NCBI GenBank assembly: GCA_951406725.2
Contig: OX597834.1
Coordinates: 5,580,001 to 5,644,000 of the forward strand
DNA length: 64,000 nucleotides
From: Octopus vulgaris
Taxonomy: Eukaryota
Direction: 5' to 3'
Made by a program: the position numbers and the translations under genes. The stretch's first letter is position 1. Each line of letters opens with the position of its first letter. The notes under the pieces were generated by a model that saw only the letters and a list, made by a program, of their open reading frames with translations, searched no databases and was not told the origin of the DNA. Positions 12,744-30,410 of the stretch are shown here, piece by piece.

Positions 12744-13332
12744 TTATTTCTTTATTACCCACAAGGGGCTAAACACAGAGAGGACAAACAAGGACAGACA
12801 AACGGATTAAGTTGATTATATCGACCCCAGTGCATAACTGGTACTTATTCAATCGACCCCGAAAGGATGAAAGGCAAAGTCGACCTCGACGGAATTTGAA
12901 CTCAGAACTTAGCGGCAGACGAAATACCTATTTCTTTACTACCCACAAGGGGCTAAACACAGAGAGGACAAACAAGGACACACAAACGGATTAAGTTGAT
13001 TATATCGACCCCAGTGCATAACTGGTACTTATTCAATCGACCCCGAAAGGATGAAAGGCAAAGTCGACATCGGCGGAATTTGAACTCAGAACGTAGCGGC
13101 AGACGAAATACCTATTTCTTTACTACCCACAAGGGGCTAAACACAGAGAGGACAAACAAGGACAGACAAACGGATTAAGTTGCTTATATCGACCCCAGTG
13201 CGTAACTGGTACTTATTTAATCGACCCTGAAAGGATGAAAGGCAAAGTCGACATCGGCGGAATTTGAACTCAGAACGTAGCGGCAGACAAAATACCGCTA
13301 AGCATTCCGCCCAGCGTGCTAATGATTCTGCC
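12744..13332 (-). mobile_element. SINE-B tandem trimer (184-bp period) inside an older copy
   Basis: Junction GAAATAC|CTATTTCTTT at 12927 and 13111. Confidence 0.92.
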
Positions 13333-13819
13333 CAAAAGAATGAAAGGCAAAGTCAATCTCGACAGAATTTGAACTTTGAATGTGAAGACAGATGAAATAC
13401 CACTAAGCATTTTGCTGTGTGTTCTAACAACCCTACCAGCTTTTACCTACCTTAACAGTATTACCATCAACATTATGTATGTTCAACACACAAACCCTGT
13501 TTGCTCAACGGTGATTGGTTTTAATATTCATATCATGGAGTTAAAGAATTTAGTTATGGTAAATATTTTGTCGTGCATTTACCATTCTTGGTTTGCAAGA
13601 TTGATTCCAGCACGTTGATATGGCAACTAATGTGTATATGGCTATCAAGGTGTATTCTTCATTGATGTACACGTATGAAATTATGTATCAAATATGTGAG
13701 CACACATGTGTGTAATGAGAAACACGTGAAAGATATTATTTTTAAAATCAGTATCCAATCAAAGCTATCTAATTTCAATACAAGATATTTAAATGAATAC
13801 ATACATATGCACGCTGACA

Positions 13820-14670
<851 letters not shown>

Positions 14671-15046
14671 ATAGATGAAAGGAAATATGCAAGAAAATGA
14701 AATAAACTGACGTTCATGTGAAAATAGTTAATCACTTAAGTTATTTTGATAACTCAACGCTTGTTGCTCTTTTTGCGTATAACTTATAAAAATCAGTTAT
14801 TTTCGTTGGAGTCGCAGCAGAGAGAGCAAATTATAGACATAAAAAGAGAAAAAAAAATGTTTCTATGAATATAAGAAGATGCAAGAATCAATTAAAACTG
14901 GGGGAAAAAGAAAGAGGACCCAACTTAAGCTGATCATGTCTTATTTTGAGGTTCCGTATTTTTGGAAAAGTAAAGCCATGTTTACAAAGTATCATTTTAG
15001 AAGGGAGCTACTTATCAATTATTATAAAAATTTTAATATTTTTATC

Positions 15047-17420
<2,374 letters not shown>

Positions 17421-19000
17421 ATCACTCCAATCCTTTTTTTCCCCTTTCTTTTATCATTATCATAACTAACCTTTTCTTTTACTGTAATACCCTCATCATT
17501 ACAGCCAAACTTGTATCTAATCTTACTTCGCAAATTTCTTTCACTTCTTCATTTATAAAAATTAACATTGTCTTCATTAATTTCTCATCCGTCTCATTAA
17601 TCTTATCTTTGTATAATTGAATTCTTTATTTGATGACCAGTAACTTGGTAGTAAGGTTTGGTTGATGGAAACTGTGCCAAATTCAGATACACTAGTGGAA
17701 CTTACGGGCATTTTATGGAATTAATGGTAAACTTATTGGGTTATTTCTGAAAGCTTTATCCCAAAAACCAAAAGGTGTAGCCTGTGTTGTGTTTGTATGG
17801 AAAGACAATCGCTCATCTGCTAGTCAATGAAAACTTCCTTTTATACATTTTATGCACAATTGTATGCACTCTCCCTCTCGCCCTCTCACTCTTCGCCTTA
17901 CTCTCTTTTCCTTTCTCTCCTTTTTCTTTCTCATTTCGTCTTTCCCTTCAGCTAATAATGTGAAAGTGTTACAGACTGGCTAAGTAACGGAGGGGAAAAA
18001 ATCTTAGTTCAAAAGTAAATTACACATTCCTGTCACCACCTCCCCCGCCCCCTCCCCTCTCCCTATCTCCCCTCCCTCATCTCCCCTCCCCTATCTCTCT
18101 TTCTCTTATCTCTCCTCTCTTGTTTCCCCTCCCCTATCTTCTCTCCCCTTCACCATCTCTGAATGTTCTGTTCGAATATAGCCATTCTGTTAGAACAAAC
18201 TATACTGCAGTTGACATCACAAGAGAACTCTCATATCGGCTTTTGTTGCAAAATGCGCTCCTCTGTATATTGGTAGTGGGGAAGATAAATTCATGCTCTA
18301 TATTCTAATCCAGGATGGGTTGCACAGTTTGACAGGGTCCGATGTGTCCAAGGACTGCATCAAGTTCCAATATCTGGTTTGGCATGGTTTTTACTGCTGG
18401 GTGCCTTTTCTAATGCCAACCACTTTACAGCGTAGATTGGGTGCTTTTATTGTGCCACCTGTACTATTAAGGTCATCATGCAGTGGAGTTGAGAGGATTC
18501 AATCTTTATGCTAGGGGATAGGGGATTACTATGACAGTGGGGTCAGAGCAGGTTCCTGCAGAGAGATCTGCATGGCTACACGTTTCTAGTAGGGGCAAGT
18601 AATGGGGAGTGAAAGAGAAAATGATTGATAAGCGCTACAAGACATCGATAAGGGCAATAAGAAGCTCAGTTGACCCCACAAAGCACAAACTGCGTAGAAG
18701 TGTGTGGTTTGGTGGTTGTAAGAGAGTATGGGAATGTAAAGGAGCGGTGGGGAAGCAATCTGTCCAAAAAGGGTAGGGTTGAAAGGTGAATGACACAAGA
18801 GCTGGGAGAAGATAAAGGGGTTTGGGAGGTGAGTTGTAGGAAGAGTAAAGAGGATATAGTTGCTGTCAGGGATAGAGGGAACAAGAGAAAGTGAGCAAGA
18901 AGAAGCAAGTATAATGTATAAGGTAGGATGGAGAGTCACTGTAACAGATGTGAGCCCAAATCATAGTACTACCAGGGCACAGTTTTGCTGAGGAGGACAA

Positions 19001-19177
19001 GTCTTTTAGAGAATCTCATATCTCCAGAGATCTGAGTTCTTTGTGATCTTAGCTGGCAGGCCTAGGGTTCTGAGGTCTTTTTGAGAATCTCATATCTCCA
19101 GAGATCTGAATTCCTTGTGATCTTAGCTGGCAGGCCTAGGGTTCTGAGGTCAGTTTTCACCACTTCATCCCATGTCG
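19001..19177 (-). mobile_element. RTE-like LINE 3' fragment with about 75-bp tandem duplication
   Basis: Minus translation TWDEVVKTDLRTLGLPAKITRNSDLWRY, homologous to about 23590-23690. Confidence 0.65.
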
Positions 19178-20385
19178 ACCTGGGAATGCAATATATTAAT
19201 ATGCATAACAAATGACATGATACAACAGAATGGACGAGTAATTTGCTTCACAACCATGAAGACCTAGATTCAATCACACTCCCTATAAAGAGTAAGGGTA
19301 AAGACCTATTTCAGTCATAAACGAGCACAGGATTGCACCTAAACAGCTCCCCTTAGGGGCAAAATCCCAGGCAAGGTTGCTTATGGAAGGCCAGCAGTCA
19401 CCCATGCATACCAGCCTCCCTTCTCCATGCCACTGGTGTTATCCAGAAGTTCTAGATCCACCCTGTCTGTTTAGGAATATCTATAACTACATTATGTAAA
19501 GTGCCTTTGAAATCAGACATATCTATTGAAAATACCATTATCCTTACCGGCAGAAAGCAGTTTCATATACCATTCTATCTTTTGTTATGGAATTTCATGC
19601 TTGAAACTACCATTTGTAGAAACATGTCAAATGTAGAAACATGTTAAAACAACATTACAGTGAAGATTATACTAATTCTAATGTTTGGTAGATATTGAAC
19701 ATCATTACAGAAATTACCATGAAATTTTAATTCACAGTTAAAATTTTAAAAGGGTTGAGTGAGATATAGGGGAAAGCTATTACCATTTCTAACAGGCTAA
19801 GTACACTGTATAAGTTTCATCTTTGGTGCCCTAAACACTCATTCTCACAACTTACAATTTACCTAAAAATTTGCAACATATAACATTTTCATCAAAATAA
19901 AACAGTGTACAACATTCTATGTGTGCTGAAATTCTAGAAATTCAACAAATTTTAATATCTAACCACATAACTGACATAAATTGAATTCTTTATACACAAA
20001 AAATGTCTTAGAACTCAAATTCAGTTTTGTTTGTCTGTTGACAACAGAATAGAACAATACCCAAAAACATAAATGAAAATGAATGCAAAGAACAATATGT
20101 CATAAGAAAGAAATACAAATTCTAAATAAAGACATGAATAGATAGATAAATTTTGAAATGACAATATAAATATATAGAAAAATTTCCTTGCAAAAACAAA
20201 TGTTTCCATGTAAGATAATCAAGACTAAAATAGTATTCATGTTCTTAAAATCTTCAGATTTCTCTGCATAATCTCAGTTGTCATAAAAAGATTTATATAG
20301 GTATACACACACACACAAAAAAAACATATATATATGTACGTATATACACACACACACACATATATATACACATGTATGTATGTAT

Positions 20386-20450
<65 letters not shown>

Positions 20451-20453
<3 letters not shown>

Positions 20454-21432
20454 TAAATAATTAGGGTTCAGCAAATATTTGCTTTATCACATACCGAAGC
20501 TTAGAAATAGCAGCCAAAAAACGTTAGCTATTTCTTCTACTTAAAAAGGGACTCCCAGAAAAACCAGAATACTTGAAAACAATCCACACGGGCAGAGAGG
20601 AAGAAGTAACGAAAATCAATGAATATTTGAATATTCTTTAAGTAGAAGAAATAGCTAACGGTTTTTGGCTGCTATTTCTAAGCTTCGGTATGTGATAAAG
20701 CAAATCTTTGCTGAACCCTAATTATTTAGTATTACTTAAGTTTACCATAAAATGGTCCTTTTTTCATGCCGAACTCTACTTGGTGAAATTATTGATTACT
20801 TCTTAATTGATTAATTTTACCCTTTGTTATTACTGATAATAGAATTTTCTCCCTGATAACAAGCTACAGATTTTTTTCTGTAGTAGTTTATTTTTAGACA
20901 CACGAGGGTGGACAGGGGAGGGTGATTGAACCTCATTCATATTTTGAATTCGGCGTTACTGACGCTGAATATTATCTGTCCGATACCGTTAGGTGGAGGG
21001 ATATGTTCAATTATTCCAGTACCTTCGAATTTAATATTTCAATATTTTATTATTGATGGGTCCTATGCTGAAGAGGAAAACAGCTGGTAAAGTATAATTT
21101 TATATTCTTCTTTCCAACCTAATTCCGAAACGCGCGTCCATAGGTAACCAGATATTGATTGATTTTCGTTACTTTTCCACTCTGCCCGTGTGGATTGTTT
21201 TCAAGTATTCTGGTTTTTCTGGGAGTCCCTTTTTAAGTAGATTAAATAGCTAACGTTTTTTGGCTGCTATTTCTAAGCTTCGGTATGTGGTAAAGCAAGT
21301 CTTTGCTGAACCCTAATTATTTAGTATTACTTAAGTTTACCATAAAATGGTCCTTTTTTATGCCGAACTCTACTTGGTGAAATTATTGATTAATTTTTAA
21401 TTAATTAATTTTACCCTTTGTTATTACTGATA
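20451..21432 (+). mobile_element. Non-coding PLE-like pseudo-LTR unit (partial tandem plus inverted arm) between (TA)n tracts
   Basis: Direct repeat 20637-20838 / 21232-21432 (595-bp period). 20451-20620 is the reverse complement of 21158-21326. Confidence 0.8.
21062..21144 (+). ncRNA. Type I hammerhead ribozyme with palindromic GCGC loop 3
   Basis: CCTATG-CTGAAGA-GGAA...TTCC-GAAAC-GCGC-GTC-CATAGG; all three helices pair. Confidence 0.85.
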
Positions 21433-21481
21433 TATTTATATATATATATGTATATACATATATATTTATATATACATATAC

Positions 21482-21532
<51 letters not shown>

Positions 21533-21648
21533 ATATATATATGTATATATATATTTATATATATGTATGTATATATATATTTATATATATATGTGTATGT
21601 ATGCATATACACATATGTGTATATATATATACATGTATATGCATGCAT

Positions 21649-21725
<77 letters not shown>

Positions 21726-21757
21726 GAAAAATATGCAAAAAGAATGGATCCGGTAAT

Positions 21758-21843
21758 TTAGTACAATTGTTTCATACTATAACATTTTATGAAAAGCTGT
21801 AAATATTACAGCAGATATAATATGTCGAGTAATCTTCAGCTAA
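21758..21843 (-). ncRNA. Type I hammerhead (inverted arm)
   Basis: Minus: TTAG-CTGAAGA-TTACT...AGTAT-GAAAC-AATT-GTA-CTAA. Confidence 0.7.
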
Positions 21844-22870
21844 TTTTATATAGGTTTTCCAATAATATAAACTAATAATATAGAATACAACCTAAAATAG
21901 TTTATAGTTAGGAGGGCAAAACATTATAGAAATAATAGAGTAGGCTGCCAACTCTGTTCTATGGAAACCTATGAAATTTTAAAGTATCGAAGTAATAAAA
22001 ATCTACTAAATAATCGTCTAGAGTTAGGTCAGTCTTGCATTCATTCAACAATTAGAACTTTCAAATATTTTAAATAGAAATTTTAAGGTTTTCCTACTTT
22101 TTCTAACTGTATCTTTTTAATATAATAATAATACGAGATATACTATACCAACCTCTAATTAACTTTTATAGTCAACTAAATTAACCTTACTTTAATCATG
22201 AAATTGCACATTTTCCCAATTCTATTCTAATTATAAAATTTAATACTATTCCCCATGTTATAAAATTCGTTATCTACTATAAATTAGATTAGGTTTTGTT
22301 CCCTACCCTTTGTAAAATAATTTAATTGACCTCTGGACATTGACCTAGATTTTTCTCACCACATAAAAATAAATAGCTTTCTGTTCTAGTAATAACCTTG
22401 ATTTCCTTAATGTATTTTTTCTGCAACTAACTTAAACCCCCTTTTACTCCTTCCCTAAATTCCTACTAAAAATTCTGATGGCTTTCGGTTGAAAGTAAGG
22501 TCTGGTTAGCTTCACAGTCTCCTAAGAATTTAGTGTTCCTTCCACACTGATCTAAATCTTCTGTCACCACATAAATAGTTTGACCCTTTGTTCTAGTGAC
22601 AATCTGTTTATCTTTTACATCTCCTAAATTTTCCCATTCTTTTCTTCAACTAACTTGATTTCTTAACCTGCCCTTACCCCCATTCTTATAACTAAGGAAA
22701 TTTTTCTTACAACAGTTAATTGTGAAGTTAATTTTGGTCTGGTTGGCATCCTAACTATACTACCTCATGTTCCTGAAATTCATATCTGCATCTTTATCTG
22801 TATATTTACCTTCCCTAAGATGTTACTAATTGATTTGAGAACTTTATATTATTGGAAAACCTAAATAAAA

Positions 22871-22956
22871 TTAACTGAAGATTACTCGACGTATTATATC
22901 TGCTGTAATATTTACAGCTTTTACTAAAATGTTATAGTATGAAACAATTGTACTAA
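22871..22956 (+). ncRNA. Type I hammerhead (direct arm)
   Basis: TTAA-CTGAAGA-TTACT...AGTAT-GAAAC-AATT-GTA-CTAA; one helix I mismatch. Confidence 0.65.
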
Positions 22957-23089
22957 ATTACCTTATCCATTCTTGTTGCTTATTTTTTATTATAATCACC
23001 CCGCATATTTTTATTGGTAATACCATAAAAAAATTCTGGTGCATCTAAATTAAGTACCATATTCATTTGAATCTAAATTGTTTGCTGAA

Positions 23090-23148
<59 letters not shown>

Positions 23149-23429
23149 TTTGATGGGTTTCGGCCAGTATTGGGCCAGGGCCATGTCTAACTTAATAGCC
23201 CCCCTGGCAAAGTCATTCAAATCAGGAATCGAACAGCACGGCCCACTCAAGTAGAGAGTTATTGTTTAGCGAGCCATATCGGGTATAGGAGGTTTATCTG
23301 GGATTTTTGTTAAGGAATTTGTCGAAAGGCAATTTGAACTTTATGGGTCTGTCTCTACTTTATATGTGTTTTGGTGTAATGTTAAAAAGAGTGGGGCTAA
23401 CTGAGGTGAAATAATTGTGCCTATACATA

Positions 23430-23880
23430 TGTAAGCATCTTGAAAGATAAGTTGGGCAAAAGAGGTATAAGATGTGTGCAAGAGAGATGACTGCTGCTAT
23501 GGTTATGCGCTGTGTATGAACGAGGAAAGCTGTGTGAAGAAGTTCTCAACTCTAGCGATGGAGGGAACCTGTGGAAGAAGTAGACCCAGGAAGACATGGG
23601 ATGAGGTGGTGAAGCATCATCTTCAAACACTGGGCCTCATGGAGGCAATGACAAGAGACTAAGACCTTTGGCGATGTGCCATGCTTGAGAAGACTCATGA
23701 AGCCAAGTGAAATTGTAGCCGTGGTCGATGCAAGTGTTGTGTAAATGGCAACCGTGCTGGTGGCATGTAAGATGGACCATTCAAACGTTGGACCTCAGAG
23801 TGGCAGTGACAAGTAACCGAGACCTTTGGCAATATACTGTGCCTGGGAAGACCCGTTGTGAGATGACATTGGAGTGTAGT
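23430..23880 (+). mobile_element. RTE-clade LINE 3' remnant
   Basis: EGTCGRSRPRKTWDEVVKHHLQTLGLMEAMTRD, a typical RTE C-terminus. Confidence 0.75.
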
Positions 23881-23974
23881 TTGGTCTTGATAAGTGTGCC
23901 AAGGCCACTTTCCAGAAATAGAAATTGAAAAGCTCAAATTCATTTGTGTTAGATGTTCACGTAGTTATAAAAGA

Positions 23975-24665
23975 ACTTGAGTGAGAACAAACCTGTAAGT
24001 ACCTCGGAATAAGCATGAAAGAGAAGATCAGGAAGGAATGATATACGAGAGTTTGAGTAGTTCTGCAATCTGAACTAATTGCATGTAACAAGGTGTTATG
24101 CATTAATTCCTTTGACGTTCCAGTTGCTACTTAGAGCTTCAATGTATTGAACAGGAATATTGGTGAAATAAAGAAAATTGATAGAAAATTTCTGCACCAC
24201 TCAAATGCAGATGTGGATTGTTTTTACATCCCAGAGCTAAAGGAGGTCGAGACTTGATCTAGTCTGAACTTCCTTACGAAACCACCACTATTCGACTGGC
24301 CAAATATCTTGAAACAAATATGACATTATTCAAATCACGAGAGATAAATAATTCTTAATTCTATCTTGAAGGAGAACAAACAATTTGCTGTTAATTTCAT
24401 GAATGATACCAAGGCTGAACAGTTGGAGGAAGAATAGCAACTGTAGTTACAAAGGAATTAACATTAATGACAAAGAAAAAAAATTGCATGAACAGTTGGC
24501 TGATAGGTGGGAGGAGAAACCTTTGCGTGGCAAATTTGTGGCCCGGAGCAAACAAGCTGCCGTTGATTAGAAGCACACTCATCAGTAGCTATGAAGCTCA
24601 GGGCTAAAGGCAGAGAGCGAAGGCGTCATCTTAGCTGCTCAAGATCAAAGCTTATTGACTCGATC
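23975..24665 (+). mobile_element. R4/Dong-like non-LTR retrotransposon remnant (post-RT region)
   Basis: Broken frames give KYLGI, KEKIRKE, ADVDCFYIP, KGGR, WEEKPLRGKF and SSGLKAESEGVILAAQDQSL. Confidence 0.8.
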
Positions 24666-25083
24666 AAAAAGATGTGGTAACTCAAGGCGGTTACAATACC
24701 GATGATTGTAGAAACACTACGAATGATCAAAAGAGAAAATGAAGATTATTTGAGAATATAATGTTTTAACTGGTACATTACGCGTATTGAGAACGCTATC
24801 ATTGTGAGAACGATTACCAACCATGTAAATAATATTTTTCTACATAACGTTATTTGGTTTTATAAAGGAACAATCTAATGTGCTTGTTTTAACAGTCCAT
24901 CAATGAATAGTGTGAGTTTCTTAGCCCTGGGTATCGGAAAGACTCCGGACAAGAAATGGAAACAAAATTGAAAGAAGTAAAACTTATAATAATGATATTG
25001 TAACATAAAACCTATGGAGTCTCGGATAAGTAAGTCTGAATAGTTGCAGTTGAAAGAAAGAAAAGATTTAAAATATGTTAAAG

Positions 25084-25121
<38 letters not shown>

Positions 25122-25124
<3 letters not shown>

Positions 25125-25487
25125 TCTTTTACTCTTTTACTTGTTTCAGTCATTTGACTGCGGCCATGCTGGAGCACCACCTTTTAGTACTTATTATATC
25201 GGTCTCTTTTTGCCGAACCGCTAAGTGACGGGGACCTAAACACACCAGCATCGGTTGTCAAGCAATGCTAGGGGGACAAACACAGACACACAAACACACA
25301 GAGATATACATATATATACATATATACGACAGGCTTCTTTCAGTTTCCGTCTACCAAATCCACTCACAAGGCATTGGTCGGCCCGGGGCTATAGCAGAAG
25401 ACACTTGCCCAAGATGCCACGCAGTGGGACTGAACCCGCAACCGTGTGGTTGGTTAGCAAGCTACTTACCACACAGCCACTCCTGCG

Positions 25488-25490
<3 letters not shown>
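25122..25490 (-). mobile_element. SINE family A
   Basis: Family match; internal deletion. Confidence 0.9.
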
Positions 25491-25585
<95 letters not shown>

Positions 25586-25587
25586 CA

Positions 25588-25626
<39 letters not shown>

Positions 25627-25763
25627 TTAGAGACAAAACCACTATTTTGCAAATTAAGATTTTTACTATAAAATTGGATTCAATCCTAAATCTGATTTTT
25701 CCCTGTAAATTTGGATTTATTCCCTAATATTTATTATTATTATATATATATATATATATATAT

Positions 25764-25827
<64 letters not shown>

Positions 25828-25830
<3 letters not shown>

Positions 25831-26140
25831 AGAAAGGCAGGCAACCGGTTGCTTAGCCACATACCGAAAAACTTAGAAATAACAGTCAAGGACTGTTTAT
25901 TTCTATTTTCTACAAATAAGACTCCACATACGACATATCCCTGTAATTTTTGCATATGTGAATTAAGCAACCTGTTGCCTGCCTTATTTTTTTTTTGTTT
26001 ATTTATATACAAAATATATATTGAACTTTTATAGAAGTTCCTACCGTTAATGGTTATATTTACATGCCGAAATCTACCAGTAAATAATTGTTGGTTATTT
26101 AAAAAAACCATTAAAGCTATTACTTACTCTTATTATATTA
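25828..26140. mobile_element. PLE-like remnant related to 20451-21432
   Basis: Shared CACATACCGAA..CTTAGAAATA and CATGCCGAA.TCTAC motifs; inverted AAGGCAGGCAAC..GTTGCTTA arm; flanked by (TA)n. Confidence 0.5.
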
Positions 26141-26901
26141 TATATACATATGCATATATATATATACGGCAATTTTCTTTGCCCCCTTCGCCGTCCACAG
26201 AAATAGCGTTCGTAATACTTTTTTTCGTTCGGCGTTAACAGCCCTTCTTGTCTTGTTATTCTCCATGTCCTGTCTTTTACTGTTTATATTTTGTACTGTC
26301 GTTACTGTCCTGTTTTTGTTACCATTTTTACCCTCTGCAAAAAGATCTCAAATTTTATTTGATTTGCTTTTCGCAGGAAGGAAAGTTTCTATCGAAGATA
26401 CGTTTCGCCTTCACCTTCGAAACGTAGAGTAGATGAAACCATGGCGACTGAAGAAGGGTTTTTTTCCTTGTGTTATTTGTCCTGTACTCTATTTTTTTGT
26501 TGCTTAAGAAAAATGTCCAGTACCTTGGGTTTGTGTCTATGTTTTCGTTTCTCATTGTGTTCGACGTTTTTTTGGTGTCCTGTACTCATATATGCGTGTA
26601 TATATACATGTAGAGGTAGGTACGTACATATATATGCATATGTTTTATTTATTAATATATATATGCATATATATATGCATATGTGTGTGTGTTGCGTTAC
26701 GTGCATATATTGTTGTATGTGTGCATATGCATATGTACTTCAATATAGTATAACTAAGAAATATTCAAAAGAAATTAGGGGTCAATTTAGCCAAATTTAA
26801 TCCATTAAAATGGAATATGAAATACGTTACATATTTGTTCAGAGAAAACCAAAATTTATACGAAAAATTGAGAGCTGCATTTATATAGGCTCCTATCTAA
26901 C

Positions 26902-27307
26902 CCATTTCTTTACTGCCCACAAGGGGCTAAACACAGAGAGGACAAACAAGGACAGATTAAGTCGATTATATCGACTCCAGTGCGTAACTGGTACTTAATT
27001 TATCGAACCCGAAAGGATGAAAGGCAAAGTCAACCTTGGTGGAATTTGAACTCAGAACGTAATGGCAGACGAAGTACCCATTTCTTTACTACCCACAAGG
27101 GGCTAAACAAAGAGAGGACAAACAAGGACAGACAAACGGATTAAATCGATTACATCGACCCCAATGCGTAACTGGTATTTAATTTATCGACCCCGAAAGG
27201 ATGAAGGGCAAAGTCGACCTCGGCGGAATTTGTACTCAAAACGTAATGGCAGACGAAATACCGCTAAGCATTTCGCCCGGCGTGCTAACGATTCTGCCAG
27301 CTCGCCG
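26902..27307 (-). mobile_element. SINE-B tandem dimer
   Basis: Two bodies and one head; same junction as the other arrays. Confidence 0.9.
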
Positions 27308-28541
27308 ATCAACAATATCTATAAAAGAAAGCAACACTAGTAATTATCACTCAAGTGAAATTTAAACTTTTGAATTATCTGAACCATACATTAGTTTTAA
27401 AGATTATTTGCTAATCCAAAATTATATACGGAAAAAAGCAAGATAAAGCGAAAAGAAATGTTTTAGTTTCCATAGTTTATCCGTCACTTAGATAATAAGG
27501 ATTTTTATAAATATAAGCATTATAATATTGTAGATAGAGTTATATTAAGGCGAAGAGCTGGTAGAATCGTTAGGATGCTAGGCGAAACGTACTGTTCATT
27601 GTTACTTCATAATCCTCATCATTTAACGTCCGTTTCCCACGCTGGCATGGGTTGGACGGTTTGACTGGAGCTGGTAAGCTGGAGAATTGCACTAGGTTAT
27701 AGTCGTCTGCTTTGGCTTGGTTTCTCCAACTGGATGCCTTTCCTAACACCAGCCACTTTGCACAGTGAACCGGTGCCTTTTACAAGTCACTTTTTACCGT
27801 GTTTCATAAAAAGAGAATCGTTTCAGTATCTCCTGAAACTTTAGTGATAATTATTTCTCGATAGGCCATATGTGATAATATCTTTAATAGAAATAATGTT
27901 AAGATGAGCTGCTTCTTTCGCCAGTGTAAAGTGTAGAGCATTTCCAGTACAATGTAATTGTTACAACCCTAATATTTGCTTTGTCAACGGTGAACAAAGT
28001 ATTGGTTTATGGGACAATGTCCTTTTTTTACAAATAACAATGAAAGAAAACGCTCTATTTGGCCCACTGAAAATACTTTTAAAGATACTTCCGTAACACA
28101 CACACACATACACCTGCATATTTAGCTACTTAGACATGGTGCAGATTTATTTCGCCGCCAGCGATATAATCAAGAATGTACCAAAAGCCATTTACACCAA
28201 AAGCCAATAATAGGGGTTCTAACAGAACATTCACGTTTAGGTTGAGATAAATATTATCCCTTGCTAGTAATACTGTTTCTGCCGCTAATAAATAATAGTT
28301 ACTTAGAATTATGCCCCTCACCCTCACTCCCCAGTTATATCTGGAGTTGAAAGGTGAAAATACTAACGATTATAAAATAGATTAGGCCATAAGAAAATCT
28401 CATCCACAAGCATTAATGACCCCCAGAATGTTTCTTCTCTCAAAGGAAATGACATAATTCTATAAACATCCGAAGCGAAGATTTGCATTTATGAATTTAT
28501 GAATATATATCGTTAAATTAATGAAATTCCAACAATCAACT

Positions 28542-28842
28542 TGTTCCTTCTCGAGCCACGCATGGCTCATAAGGGCCAGTTTCCCGATTTCTTTGGTGCA
28601 TAAGTTCCCCACCTGGACGGGACGCCGGTCCGTCGCAGGTGAGCTGCAGGATGCAGGAGGAAAGAGTGAGAGAAAGTTGTGGCGAAAGAGTCAGTAGAAG
28701 TTCGCCATTACCTTCTGCCGGATCCGCGTGGAGTTTAGGTGTTTCGCTCATAAACCCACACATCGCCCGGTCTGAGATTCGAACTGGTGATCCCTCGACC
28801 GCGAGGTCCGCTGCTCTAACCACTAGGCCATGTGCCTCCACT
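28542..28842 (-). mobile_element. SINE family D (shares tRNA-like head with family C, different tail)
   Basis: TSD AACAATCAACT at 28531-28541 and 28843-28853; A box TGGCCTAGTGG, B box AGTTCGAATC. Confidence 0.88.
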
Positions 28843-29314
28843 AACAATCAACTGGCTAAACTAGTTAGTTTTATACATACTGGTAATTCGATAACCTGGC
28901 AATTGTTATAAAAACAAGAAGCTACTAAAGTTTATCTTTTTGGCATGTATTGTATACATATGATACTGATATGTAAACATAACATAGTTTTGCAAGTGTC
29001 AAAATACATATATCACTGGTTCTATTCATAATAATTGAAGAGATGTATCTGTGGTACATTTTCTAATGTTTTTTCGACAGTTGAGTATATTTCGATGACT
29101 TGACATACAAATCCTCTTGAAAGAAGAAATTACATTATTGATGGACACATCAAGCGGCATAAATCTACAGTGGTTTTATGTTATTATGAAACATCCTTGA
29201 TATCTGAGTGGCTGTTATTCCACAATGGAAGGGAAACAAGATGATTAATAGCATAAATGATGGAATCAAAAATAATTATACTAGCCTTAATTATCTCATA
29301 ATATCTATACATAT

Positions 29315-29740
29315 AGGCGCAGGAGTGGCTGTGTGGTAAGTAGCTTGCTAACCAACCACATGGTTCCGGGTTCAGTCCCACTGCGTGGCATCTTGGGCAA
29401 GTGTCTTCTGCTATAGCCCCGGGGCCGACCAATGCCTTGTTAGTGGATTTGGTAGACGGAAACTGAAAGAAGCCCGTCGTATATATGTATATATATGTAT
29501 GTATGTGTGTGTATATGTTTGTGTGTCTGTGTTTGTCCCCCTAGCATTGCTTGACAACCGATGCTGGTGTGTTTACATCCCCGTCACTTAGCGGTTCGGC
29601 AAAAGAGACCGATAGAATAAGTACTGGGCTTACAAAGAATAAGTCCCGGGGTCGATTTGCTCCTCGACTAAAGGCGGTGCTCCAGTATGGCCGCAGTCAA
29701 ATGACTGAAACAAGTAAAAGAGTAAAGAGTAAAAGAGAGT
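29315..29740 (+). mobile_element. SINE family A, full length
   Basis: Complete from head to tail. Confidence 0.92.
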
Positions 29741-30073
29741 ATATATGGCTGAGGTTGTCTGTGCATGTGTGTGTCTCTGGCAGGTTTGGTAGCCTTCAAC
29801 TAAGACTATCTCTTCCGAGACTCTGCGACACATGTTGACCAAAATTGAAAGTGTGATAGGAGAAGGCTTGCTCTTCATTCCGTAGAAGAAAAATTCAAAT
29901 CGGACCATCTTAACAACAAAAATTATTTACATAAAAAAGGTGCTTTTTTTCTATGAAAATCCCTATTTTTTACGATTTTTTGACTGCTGTGTCGCCATTT
30001 TTCAGTGTATTTCAACCAGAGAAATGTTCACCTGAAGAGAATAACAAGCTACATAATGCAAAATTACATAATG

Positions 30074-30410
<337 letters not shown>

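Larger units (their letters stand above)
21722..23092 (+). mobile_element. PLE-like element with about 150-bp inverted repeats, between (TA)n tracts
   Basis: 21722-21872 is inverted relative to about 22843-22995; each arm carries a hammerhead; AT-rich non-coding interior. Confidence 0.75.

Noticed and set aside
12744-13332. Regular repeats as a CRISPR array or hammerhead retrozyme
   Set aside because: There are no unique spacers or cas genes, the context is eukaryotic, and I found no CTGANGA/GAAA hammerhead in the 184-bp unit.
26398-26460. Type II hammerhead (GAAACGTA...CTGAAGA)
   Set aside because: No helix I hairpin forms between the motifs.
27935-28035. Cys-rich stretch QCNCYNPNICFVNG as an EGF or LRR-cap exon
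   Set aside because: The cysteine pattern is incomplete and the splice signals are poor.
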